Below the pieces are notes generated by a model. The model worked only from the letters and a program-made list of their open reading frames with translations. It did not search any database and was not told the origin of the DNA. Source: Escherichia phage FL33. From it: a DNA stretch of 64,000 nt. The first letter of the stretch is position 1; each line of letters opens with the position of its first letter. The position numbers and the translations under genes were made by a program. Where the stretch lies: sequence record PP400788. One strand, given 5' to 3'. Positions 45,032-54,527 of this stretch are shown piece by piece.

Positions 45032-46465
45032 TTATTTGCTTTGAATTATACCGCCAGGATTAGCTTCATAAAACTTAGCTACATCCGACTTCTTAATTTT
45101 GATTAAACGGGTTTGTTGGCTATTCACATCATTTGTTGGAATAGCAATTTCACAGCACAAGTTACTCTGACGAATAGGTGCCTTTTCACGAATAAACGGA
45201 GTATAGTTATTCGTATTATCAATGAACTGCACATAAATCCTTGCTGTTCCTGAGCGTTCAGTCATGAGTAATTCAAATAGTTCACGGGCTTTAATACGCT
45301 TTTTACGAATATTAGGGTCTTTTTCTGCGGCTTCGTACAATTCACGGAAACGGTCTTGGTCTTTAAAATAAGAATAATAAAGCTCGCCACCCATTTCATG
45401 CGGACTGAACAAAGTAATGTAGTCGTTCTTTCCAAAACGTTCCATCATCAAATCATTCAGCTGGACGCCATAATCCATATGACGGATACGGTTTTCTTCT
45501 ACGCCTTTGTTATTTTTCAAAACGAGAAGATTTTCAACTTCCAAATGCCAAATAGGATAATAAGCAGTAGCAGCGCCGCCACGAATTCCGCCCTGTGAAC
45601 ATGATTTAACAGCAGTCTGAAAATGTTTCCAAAAAGGAATAACACCAGTATGACGCACTTCACCTGTGCCAATCTTAGAACCTTCGGCACGAATCATACC
45701 AACGTTAATACCAATTCCAGCGCGTTTGGAGATATATTCAACAATTGAAGCAGAAGCCTTATTGATAGACTTCAGCGAATCACCTGCTTCAATAACAACG
45801 CATGAACTAAATTGCCGAGTCGGAGTACGACAACCAGCCATAATAGGAGTTGGCAATGAAATCTGTCGAGTAGATACTGCTTCATAAAAACGAATAACAT
45901 GTTTTAATCTGTCAACAGGTTCATCTTGATGCAATGCCATTCCAATAGTCATAAATGCAAACTGTGGAGTTTCATAAATTTGACCAGTGGTTTTATCTTT
46001 AACGAGATATTTTTCTTTTAATTGCATCGCCCCGGAATAAGTAAATTCCATATCCCGCTCGTGCTTAATTTTTGATTCTAAAAATGTAATTTCTTCTGCA
46101 GAATATTTTGACAACAATTCAGGGTCATATTTACCTTCATTTACACAGTAAGAAATATGGTCAATAAATGAACGTGGTTCATACTGACCGTAAACATGCT
46201 TACGAAGAGCAAACATTAAACAGCGTGCAGCTACATATTGATAATCAGGCTCTTCAACTGAAATAGAATTCGCAGCAGCCTTAATTACAATGGTTTGAAT
46301 GTCATCAGTGGTCATTCCATCACGGAGATATGATTTAATATTTTCATATAATTCATAAGGATCTACAGATGTTCCTTCAGCTGCCCAAGATAAAACTTTA
46401 ATAATTTTTTGCGGGTCAAAGCTTTGAGAAACACCACTACTTTTGATAACATTAATTAATTGCAT
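45032..46465 (-). CDS. nrdA: ribonucleotide reductase large subunit NrdA, N-terminal piece
   Basis: 477 aa; ATP-cone N-terminus through ...PIRQSNLCCEIAIPTNDVNS, then a 28-aa non-homologous tail and stop. Confidence 0.9.
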   Translation of the reverse strand: MQLINVIKSSGVSQSFDPQKIIKVLSWAAEGTSVDPYELYENIKSYLRDGMTTDDIQTIVIKAAANSISVEEPDYQYVAARCLMFALRKHVYGQYEPRSFIDHISYCVNEGKYDPELLSKYSAEEITFLESKIKHERDMEFTYSGAMQLKEKYLVKDKTTGQIYETPQFAFMTIGMALHQDEPVDRLKHVIRFYEAVSTRQISLPTPIMAGCRTPTRQFSSCVVIEAGDSLKSINKASASIVEYISKRAGIGINVGMIRAEGSKIGTGEVRHTGVIPFWKHFQTAVKSCSQGGIRGGAATAYYPIWHLEVENLLVLKNNKGVEENRIRHMDYGVQLNDLMMERFGKNDYITLFSPHEMGGELYYSYFKDQDRFRELYEAAEKDPNIRKKRIKARELFELLMTERSGTARIYVQFIDNTNNYTPFIREKAPIRQSNLCCEIAIPTNDVNSQQTRLIKIKKSDVAKFYEANPGGIIQSK

Positions 46466-46782
46466 AAGTCCTCAACTTGAAAATCGTCTTTAAACAATCG
46501 GTTAACTATATGAGCTATTATATCACCATGACACGGCTTTGGTTTACATGTGCATCCTAGCCTCATTCCACGTAAAGGCTCTAAATGTGCTTTAGTTATT
46601 TCTCCGGATTTAATTCGACGTATAAAATCTTTTTTGAATAATTCAATGGCAGCCTCCCGGCTGCCAGCATCTTTACCGACGTAATTTCCCCAAAATGTAC
46701 CACGGTGAATATTAACATCAAAGTCGGATTTATATTTATTCACTACCTGGCATAGACGGCCCGCGCGGTGATAATTCGTCAT
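46456..46782 (-). CDS. hypothetical Cys/His-containing protein upstream of nrdA
   Basis: 108-aa ORF overlapping nrdA start; [11 protein letters not shown] motif. Confidence 0.6.
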   Translation of the reverse strand: MTNYHRAGRLCQVVNKYKSDFDVNIHRGTFWGNYVGKDAGSREAAIELFKKDFIRRIKSGEITKAHLEPLRGMRLGCTCKPKPCHGDIIAHIVNRLFKDDFQVEDLCN

Positions 46783-46999
46783 ATTGTTTTTCCGTTAAAA
46801 CAGTAATATCATAGTAACAATCTGAAGAAGTTTTAACTGTAGAAATTTTATTATCAAAATACTCACGAGTCATTTTATGAGTATAATATTTTTTGCCATA
46901 AATGATAATAGGCTGATTTGGTCCTGGAACTTCTAACTCACTTGGGTTAGGAAGTGTAAAAAGAACTACACCAGAAGTATCTTTAAATCGTAAAATCAT
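46736..46999 (-). CDS. hypothetical protein
   Basis: 87-aa ORF between td and nrdA cluster. Confidence 0.5.
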   Translation of the reverse strand: MILRFKDTSGVVLFTLPNPSELEVPGPNQPIIIYGKKYYTHKMTREYFDNKISTVKTSSDCYYDITVLTEKQYDELSPRGPSMPGSE

Positions 47000-47022
47000 A
47001 TATCCTCACAATTAATAATTAA

Positions 47023-47334
47023 TTACACCGCCATTTTTCCTTTCAAGACGCCGTGGGACTGATAATCTTTGAGAACGAAATCTTTAGGCCTGAGTTTAAG
47101 AATGTATTCCAATTGTTCTTTAGTAGAAAGATAGCGGAATTTATAAGGCAATCCGCCTATTACCAGTTCACAAAGCTCTTTAGGTTCACGACGCAAAATT
47201 TCTTTACATTGTTCTACGTGATTCATATAGATATGAGTATTACCACCGGAAAATATCAAATCTCCCGGAATAAGATTACACATCTTAGCTACAATATGAA
47301 CTAACGTAGCATATGATGCAATATTAAATGGAAG
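47023..47334 (-). CDS. td: thymidylate synthase, exon 2
   Basis: 103 codons LPFNIASYATLVHIVAKMCNLIPGDLIFSGGNTHIY... to stop, continuing exon 1 ...VDVFLG. Confidence 0.95.
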   Translation of the reverse strand, partial: LPFNIASYATLVHIVAKMCNLIPGDLIFSGGNTHIYMNHVEQCKEILRREPKELCELVIGGLPYKFRYLSTKEQLEYILKLRPKDFVLKDYQSHGVLKGKMAV

Positions 47335-48350
47335 CATTATGTTCAGATAAGGTCGTTAATCTTACCCCGGAATTATATCCAGCTGCATGTCACCATGCAG
47401 ATCAGACTATATCTCCAACTTGTTAAAGCAAGTTGTCTATCGTTTCGAGTCACTTGACCCTACTCCCCAAAGGGATAGTCGTTAGGCATTTATGTAGAAC
47501 CAATTCCATTTATCAGATTTTACACGATAAGTAACTAATCCAGACGAAATTTTAAAATGTCTAGCTGCATCTGCTGCACAATCAAAAATAACCCCATCAC
47601 ATGAAATCTTTTTAATATTACTAGGCTTTTTACCTTTCATCTTTTCTGATATTTTAGATTTAGTTATGTCTGAATGCTTATGATTAAAGAATGAATTATT
47701 TTCACCTGAACGATTTCTGCATTTACTACAAGTATAAGCAGAAGTTTGTATGCGAACACCGCACTTACAAAACTTATGGGTTTCTGGATTCCAACGCCCG
47801 TTTTTACTTCCGGGTTTACTGTAAAGAGCTTTCCGACCATCAGGTCCAAGTTTAAGCATCTTAGCTTTAACAGTTTCAGAACGTTTCTTAATAATTTCTT
47901 CTTTTAATGGATGCGTAGAACATGTATCACCAAACGTTGCATCAGCAATATTGTATCCATTAATTTTAGAATTAAGCTCTTTAATCCAAAAATTTTCTCG
48001 TTCAATAATCAAATCTTTCTCATATGGAATTTCTTCCAAAATAGAACATTCAAACACATTACCATGTTTGTTAAAAGACCTCTGAAGCTTTATAGAAGAA
48101 TGGCATCCTTTTTCTAAATCTTTAAAATGCCTCTTCCATCTCTTTTCAAAATCTTTAGCACTTCCTACATATACTTTATTGTTTAAAGTATTTTTAATCT
48201 GATAAATTCCGCTTTTCATAAATACCTCTTTAAATATAGAAGTATTTATTAAAGGGCAGTCCTACAATTTAGCACGGGATTGTCTACTAGAGAGGTTCCC
48301 CGTTTAGATAGATTACAAGTATAAGTCACCTTATACTCAGGCCTCAATTA
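47335..48350 (-). mobile_element. td group I intron (1016 nt) carrying I-TevI
   Basis: Exon 1 ends at ...FLG with in-frame TAA as first intron codon; exon 2 resumes at 47334; boundaries placed by protein homology. Confidence 0.9.
47482..48219 (-). CDS. I-TevI: I-TevI GIY-YIG intron homing endonuclease
   Basis: 245 aa; MKSGIYQIKNTLNNKVYVGSAKDFEKRWKRH... with zinc finger and C-terminal DNA-binding domain. Confidence 0.95.
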   Translation of the reverse strand: MKSGIYQIKNTLNNKVYVGSAKDFEKRWKRHFKDLEKGCHSSIKLQRSFNKHGNVFECSILEEIPYEKDLIIERENFWIKELNSKINGYNIADATFGDTCSTHPLKEEIIKKRSETVKAKMLKLGPDGRKALYSKPGSKNGRWNPETHKFCKCGVRIQTSAYTCSKCRNRSGENNSFFNHKHSDITKSKISEKMKGKKPSNIKKISCDGVIFDCAADAARHFKISSGLVTYRVKSDKWNWFYINA

Positions 48351-48899
48351 ACCCAAGAAAACATCTACTGATCGTTGATACCACTGCAAATCCAAATAGC
48401 CATTACGCACATTAAACTGATAGAACATATGACAAGGCGGTAATGCCATCTGCTTGAGTTCAGCTGGATTCCATGCTGAAACAATTTGACGCCTATCATT
48501 TGGCAATTTTTTAATACGATCAATAACTTCTATAATTTGGTCTACACCACCAAAATCACGCCACTGTTTTCCATAAATTGGACCAAGTTCACCGCTATGG
48601 TATCCTAAATCTTTTGCTTGATTTTCGTAATTTTCATCCCAAACTGTTTTGCCTTGGATTAACGAATCATGTTGAATTAATCGCAAATCATTTACGTTAG
48701 TACTTCCTGACAAAAACCATATTAGCTCAGCAATACAAGCTTTCCAGGCGAGCTTCTTAGTCGTTACTGCAGGAAAACCTTTAGTTAAATCCCAGCGTAA
48801 TTTAGTACCGAACAAAGCAATTGTTCCTGTGCCTGTTCGGTCATCGGTTTCATAGCCATTTTCAAAAATGTCTTTAATTAAATCTTGGTATTGTTTCAT
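48351..48899 (-). CDS. td: thymidylate synthase, exon 1
   Basis: 183 codons MKQYQDLIKDIFENGYETDDRTGTGTIALFG... incl. active-site region ALPPCHMFYQF. Confidence 0.95.
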
Positions 48900-48944
48900 T
48901 TAGTACCTTATATAAATTATAATACATTTTATGAAGCTAAATAA

Positions 48945-49295
48945 TCAATACGGTTTAGCATCAAATTTTCTTTCAATTTCAGGCGTGAAATACAATTCTT
49001 TACCGCGTTTGGAAAAGCGACCAATAATATGATAATTATTCTCATCAAACGTAATATTGCCAATATCCATAGCTTTCAACCAAATATCGATATTTCTATC
49101 CAGTTTTATATCAAAATTCCAATACGGAGAACTATTACCGAAAATACTGCAAGCGGATTCAGTGCAATAACTGCTGCTATAAATCTTGTCTTTGGGAACT
49201 ACTAATTGATAGACGCCTTTGATAAACTGAGGACCCTGCCATTTTGGTTGTTTCGCGTCTTTTTCTAATAGAATAGGATAATAATTAAAGTTCAT
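48945..49295 (-). CDS. hypothetical protein inserted between frd and td
   Basis: 116 aa from ATG 49295 (120 aa if GTG 49307); no recognisable motif; fills a gap that is absent in T4. Confidence 0.55.
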   Translation of the reverse strand: MNFNYYPILLEKDAKQPKWQGPQFIKGVYQLVVPKDKIYSSSYCTESACSIFGNSSPYWNFDIKLDRNIDIWLKAMDIGNITFDENNYHIIGRFSKRGKELYFTPEIERKFDAKPY

Positions 49296-49315
49296 ATTTT
49301 CCGCCACGCGTTATT

Positions 49316-50145
<830 letters not shown>

Positions 50146-50155
50146 ATTATTTTCC

Positions 50156-50398
50156 TTAAACAGACTTTTTCACAATTTTCCAATCAGCTTTAAACTGTTC
50201 AACGTCAGAGTGGTAAATCCAGAATCCTGCGCTTTCTCCATCCTCATAAAGAGGGCATCCATCGCATTCATCTTCCCATCCCATGTCACGTAAAAGATGT
50301 TCAGCTTTTTCAACAAGTTCAGAATCTTTACCTATGATATTAAAATACCATTTACCTCTAACTTCTGAATCTTTAATGCTCTGGCGTTGTAATCTCAT
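50156..50398 (-). CDS. hypothetical protein
   Basis: 80-aa ORF with early promoter and SD upstream. Confidence 0.55.
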   Translation of the reverse strand: MRLQRQSIKDSEVRGKWYFNIIGKDSELVEKAEHLLRDMGWEDECDGCPLYEDGESAGFWIYHSDVEQFKADWKIVKKSV

Positions 50399-50423
50399 TT
50401 TATTCTCCTTAGTTGATAGGGTA

Positions 50424-50453
50424 ATAGTATCACACTACTACCCTACTGTAAAC
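50424..50453 (-). promoter_or_regulatory. T4-type early promoter
   Basis: Minus strand GTTTAC-18 nt-TACTAT then AAGGAGAATAAA ATG at 50398. Confidence 0.55.
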
Positions 50454-50833
50454 TACTTTTTGAAAGTTTTTCGCAAAAGTTCAATGATTTCATCTACATT
50501 GTTTTCGTCTACAATGCAGTGAATTTTTGTTACGCCAGAAATCTTGTCTTCGACTTCATCTTCTTCAGAAGTCGGTTCTTTATACTCACGAAAACAATGA
50601 AATTCGTCTTCACAAATTTCTAAAAGTCTATCTTTGAGGTAAAAATGCTTTCCATTTGCGCATTCAATGTGTTTTACTGCTTTATATCCATTAGCGACAG
50701 AAACTTCTTTAACTTCAAACCATCCGCCATTATCTCGAATAGCTTTAACTATTGATGAATTAGAACGTGGGCTATAATTAATAAATGTATCAATAAGTCT
50801 TGGAACAAGTTCATACTTTCTACCAGTATACAT
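50453..50833 (-). CDS. hypothetical protein
   Basis: 126-aa ORF. Confidence 0.55.
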   Translation of the reverse strand: MYTGRKYELVPRLIDTFINYSPRSNSSIVKAIRDNGGWFEVKEVSVANGYKAVKHIECANGKHFYLKDRLLEICEDEFHCFREYKEPTSEEDEVEDKISGVTKIHCIVDENNVDEIIELLRKTFKK

Positions 50834-50853
50834 TGTGTTTTCCTCATTTTAAC

Positions 50854-50870
50854 GGGGCTGTAATAGCCCC
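50854..50870 (-). terminator. hairpin
   Basis: ggggct-gtaat-agcccc stem-loop between ORFs. Confidence 0.45.
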
Positions 50871-50877
50871 TTGATAA

Positions 50878-51108
50878 TTATTGTTCAATCAGTCCCATAT
50901 AAAATTCTGCATCTTCAGAATCCATGCCATCACAATATTCATTAGCCATAAAGCGGGTGAGGTCTTCAAGAGGACCTTCAATGACAATAGAAAAATTGCA
51001 ATAATTGGGATCATCATGAATACTTGTGATACTAAGTTCAGGATAACGATTACGAATAATTTCTTCAATATATTCAAAATCAACGATGTCAATATCAACT
51101 TTAGCCAT
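50878..51108 (-). CDS. hypothetical acidic protein
   Basis: 76-aa ORF downstream of gene 32. Confidence 0.5.
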   Translation of the reverse strand: MAKVDIDIVDFEYIEEIIRNRYPELSITSIHDDPNYCNFSIVIEGPLEDLTRFMANEYCDGMDSEDAEFYMGLIEQ

Positions 51109-51212
51109 ATTATTTTCCTCTTTTAATCATCAGCAGTATTGCCGATAGTTGTATAGTACCATGGAATGACAAGAATGTAAACTGTTTTGTGAAAAAATTT
51201 TAAAATAAAAAA

Positions 51213-51231
51213 GGGGACCTCTAGGGTCCCC
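51213..51231 (-). terminator. intrinsic terminator after gene 32
   Basis: ggggacc-ctaga-ggtcccc hairpin followed by T-run on minus strand. Confidence 0.8.
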
Positions 51232-51253
51232 AATTAATTAGTAATATAATCTA

Positions 51254-52162
51254 TTAAAGGTCATTCAAAAGGTCATCCAGGTCCGTGTCATCAGCACCAG
51301 ATGAACTGCCAGAGCTTGAGCTCATAAAATCATCTTCAGTTTTTGTTTTGAAGTCATCAACATTGAATGCATCCAAATCATCAGCAACTTTATCAGCTTT
51401 CTTAGCGGCAGTTGCTGCGGCACCGCCCATAGCAGCAGTTCCCATAACTTGACTGAACTTAGTGCTCAGTTCTTCAAACGATTTGAATTTATCTTTAGAA
51501 GTCATTTCAGAAAGGTCAACCATTTGTTCGAACAGTTCTTTCTGGAAAGATTCATCATCAATGTTTGGAATCGCAGATTGATTCAGGAATTTAGATTCGT
51601 CGTAGTTACTAAAACCAGAAACTTGTTTAACTTTCAGTACAAAGTTAGCACCTTCCCACGGACAAGTTACATCAACCGGAGTTTCACCCATTTCAACATC
51701 AACTGCAATCATTGCATTGATTTTATCCCAGATTTTCTTACCGAAACGGTATTTAAATACTTTACCTTCATTTTCTGGAGCAGCTGGGTCTTTTACTACA
51801 AGAATGTTAGCCCAGTAAGAAGTTTTACGTTTAACAAGACCGTACTCTTTATTGTCAGTGTTATACAAATCATTTTTACTGATGTACTGACATACTGGAC
51901 AAGAATCGTAATCACCGTGGGTAGATGAACAGTTTTCAATATACCATTTACCATTTTTCTTGAAACCGTGATTTACAAGAATTGCGAATGGTGCTTGTTC
52001 ATCATTTTTAGACGGAAGAAAACGAATTACTGCTTGACCGTTACCCGCATTATCGAGTTTCAGTTTCCACTCGCCTTTATCTTCAGAAGAAAAACCACCT
52101 TTATTTCCAGCCAGTTTAGCCATTTGTGCAGCGAGTTCAGCAGTAGATTTACGTTTAAACAT
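51254..52162 (-). CDS. 32: gp32 single-stranded DNA-binding protein
   Basis: 302-aa ORF; [17 protein letters not shown]... N-terminus and acidic Ser-rich C-terminal tail. Confidence 0.97.
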   Translation of the reverse strand: MFKRKSTAELAAQMAKLAGNKGGFSSEDKGEWKLKLDNAGNGQAVIRFLPSKNDEQAPFAILVNHGFKKNGKWYIENCSSTHGDYDSCPVCQYISKNDLYNTDNKEYGLVKRKTSYWANILVVKDPAAPENEGKVFKYRFGKKIWDKINAMIAVDVEMGETPVDVTCPWEGANFVLKVKQVSGFSNYDESKFLNQSAIPNIDDESFQKELFEQMVDLSEMTSKDKFKSFEELSTKFSQVMGTAAMGGAAATAAKKADKVADDLDAFNVDDFKTKTEDDFMSSSSGSSSGADDTDLDDLLNDL

Positions 52163-52261
52163 TTTTATTTCCTTTTTAATTTAATTAACAGTTGGTGCTA
52201 TGACGATGTATGACCTCATAGCTGGTCAGTGAGATAATTATAATCTATTTATAATAAGCAA

Positions 52262-52915
52262 TTAATACTTACAGGATTTCACAGTTTCAATGAAAACATT
52301 TTTAGCTTTCTGTGAATCAATATTTAAAATTTTTCTATAAGCTTTTAACTTTATAGAATAATTATTCCAGACTAAATTATCAGTCTGTTCATCATGTTTA
52401 TCAATTATATTTAAAAACGAATCAAGCAAGATAAACGTCTCAAACGAAATTATATTCGATTGAAGTAGTTTAAAAATATAACTTGATTGAACTTTTGGAT
52501 TATATTCAAAGATTTCTTTAAAAGCAGAAACTTCAACTTTTTTACTAAAATAGTAAATATTGCGAATATCTTCTTCAAATTTAAATTTAACTTGCTTTAA
52601 GCGACCGATATATTCACGATAAAATACTAATGCATCAGCGTCAGAGATATCACCAATCCAAGCATCTTGGTTAGCTACAAGATTGCTAATAAAAATTAAA
52701 GTCAATTCTTTTAATTTATACTTTTCTGATAGCTTTTGGAAAAAATACTTATCCCTTCGCTTTTGATAAGCGGCATCAGACACCCGCATGCACCAATTGT
52801 ACTTAATAACATCATATTTTCCATTCATATGTTGTTTTATCATTAAGTATAATTTATAAACTGATTTACCATCAATATATCTTTCACCACCAGCAGGCAT
52901 GCGGAGTTTAATCAT
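52262..52915 (-). CDS. 59: gp59 helicase loader
   Basis: 217-aa ORF; T4 gp59 length and position next to 32. Confidence 0.93.
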   Translation of the reverse strand: MIKLRMPAGGERYIDGKSVYKLYLMIKQHMNGKYDVIKYNWCMRVSDAAYQKRRDKYFFQKLSEKYKLKELTLIFISNLVANQDAWIGDISDADALVFYREYIGRLKQVKFKFEEDIRNIYYFSKKVEVSAFKEIFEYNPKVQSSYIFKLLQSNIISFETFILLDSFLNIIDKHDEQTDNLVWNNYSIKLKAYRKILNIDSQKAKNVFIETVKSCKY

Positions 52916-53250
52916 AGCAGAAAGTCTAACGTATTCGTTTTTTCACATCTAACAACAGAAGGGCGTAAAAGATTTTCGTCAATAGCTTCTGACTGAATTT
53001 TTTCAATTATACCCGAAGGAATAAATTTAGCAAATTGAGTTTCAGGAATAGAGTTTTCTTCCAAGAATGCTGTCGTAGCTTCAAGATAACTCATTCCAAA
53101 TTCTTCTACCATTTTTTCAATAATAAATCCATTTTCTTGGCGGTCAAGAAGCTTTGCAATTTCATCCTTTTCTTTCTTAATTGAAAGTTCTTTTTCTGAA
53201 AGCCCGGCCTCATCGACCGGGCGAATATCATTTAGAGAAAACTGTGTCAT
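52912..53250 (-). CDS. 33: gp33 late-transcription co-activator
   Basis: 112 aa from MTQFSL (ORF extends to 53259); T4 synteny. Confidence 0.85.
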   Translation of the reverse strand: MTQFSLNDIRPVDEAGLSEKELSIKKEKDEIAKLLDRQENGFIIEKMVEEFGMSYLEATTAFLEENSIPETQFAKFIPSGIIEKIQSEAIDENLLRPSVVRCEKTNTLDFLL

Positions 53251-53497
53251 AAAGTTCAACTACCTCTTCAGTTTCAGCTTCAAACACATCACGGTTATCT
53301 TTATGATATAGAGCCAAAAGACGATTAAACATCTTACCATCAACACCAAGTTCATCTTTGGCACGAATTCGAATATCTTTAATCAATTCATTATAACCAG
53401 AAATTTTCAGTTTATGATCAGATGCTTCTTTAATAAATTTAGCCAAATCTTCGCCATGGATAGCTTCATCAAATTCAACCATTTCTTTTTTAGCCAT
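53228..53497 (-). CDS. dsbA: DsbA double-stranded DNA-binding protein
   Basis: 89-aa ORF overlapping gene 33 start, as in T4. Confidence 0.8.
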   Translation of the reverse strand: MAKKEMVEFDEAIHGEDLAKFIKEASDHKLKISGYNELIKDIRIRAKDELGVDGKMFNRLLALYHKDNRDVFEAETEEVVELYDTVFSK

Positions 53498-53505
53498 TAT
53501 TCACC

Positions 53506-54423
53506 TCAAAATTCATTAATGCTATTAGTTAATTTAGAAAGACCCGCTTTTACAAAATATGAATAAATTTTGCCACGCGGTGGTAATTTATATGAATTAT
53601 AGTAATTCACAATGTTTGAAGCAATATTATCAGGAATATAATCAAAATCAATTAGAACTAAATTTTCTTTATAACGATTATATTCAGATTCTGTAAGAAG
53701 CACCTTAGCTTGCTCACGGTCATTAGCAATAGCTTCAACTATTGAAGTTTTCATTGAAGGAGTTCGTTCACCTTCAACTTTGGTAAACCAAAAGTCAGAT
53801 CGTACTTTAACTGAAGCAACGTTATCCTTTTTGTCGCCTTTAAGGATTTTAGTCATACAATCAATTTCAGCAGAACCGCTTTTAATTTTAACCCATTTCT
53901 TATGCATCGGCGACCATTGCTTAACATTTGGGTATTTGTGAAGCTGTGTAAAGTCACCATCCGATGAAATGATTAAAATCTTATGTCCTTCTAAAGAGAA
54001 CTTTTTAACAAGAACAGCAATATGGTCATCTGCTTCATACTTATCAATATCCATAACAATGTATGGCATATAAGCTTTCAATTCATCTATAACTTTATGG
54101 CTGGATTCAAAATAACCTTCCCAGTCCCAAGTAGATTCTTCTCGTGCTTTTCCACGGTTTTTCTTATAGTAATAAGCAAAATCACGACGCCAGTATCCAG
54201 ATTTCGCGTTATCGATACACAGTACAATTTTAGTGTATCCAAACGTTTTTGCTTTTTTGACATTAAACTTAATTGAGTTCAATATCAAATGACGAACCAT
54301 TGATAAATTAATTTTTTCTTTATCTGGGAAGTTTACTAAAGCAGTTGAAAGCGCAATTTGACTAAAGTCAATAAAGCAAATTCCTTCTTTGTAATCTTCA
54401 TCCAACATCATTTCTAAATCCAT
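53506..54423 (-). CDS. rnh: RNase H (5'-3' exonuclease / flap endonuclease)
   Basis: 305 aa from MDLEMMLDEDYKEG (ORF extends 5 codons upstream); FEN-family acidic motifs. Confidence 0.93.
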   Translation of the reverse strand: MDLEMMLDEDYKEGICFIDFSQIALSTALVNFPDKEKINLSMVRHLILNSIKFNVKKAKTFGYTKIVLCIDNAKSGYWRRDFAYYYKKNRGKAREESTWDWEGYFESSHKVIDELKAYMPYIVMDIDKYEADDHIAVLVKKFSLEGHKILIISSDGDFTQLHKYPNVKQWSPMHKKWVKIKSGSAEIDCMTKILKGDKKDNVASVKVRSDFWFTKVEGERTPSMKTSIVEAIANDREQAKVLLTESEYNRYKENLVLIDFDYIPDNIASNIVNYYNSYKLPPRGKIYSYFVKAGLSKLTNSINEF

Positions 54424-54452
54424 ATGAACCTCGTTCAATTAGTGAGATTTCT

Positions 54453-54482
54453 ATTATATACCATCCAAATCTTAAAGTAAAC
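54453..54482 (-). promoter_or_regulatory. T4-type early promoter for rnh
   Basis: Minus strand GTTTAC-18 nt-TATAAT about 30 nt upstream of rnh ATG. Confidence 0.65.
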
Positions 54483-54485
54483 AAG

Positions 54486-54493
54486 TATAAATA
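54486..54493 (+). promoter_or_regulatory. late promoter TATAAATA upstream of gene 34
   Basis: Exact TATAAATA 35 nt upstream of ATG 54528. Confidence 0.7.
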
Positions 54494-54527
54494 CTTATTA
54501 TTGAAAACACAATAGGAGCCCGGGAGA

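Noticed and set aside
43297-46465. Split nrdA as a simple frameshift pseudogene
   Set aside because: The two pieces are separated by about 750 bp containing a complete endonuclease gene with its own RBS, and the downstream piece has its own ATG. This is not a single indel.
51449-52213. Plus-strand ORFs of 159 and 81 aa antisense to gene 32
   Set aside because: Phe/Arg-rich low-complexity frames opposite a highly conserved gene; no start signals.
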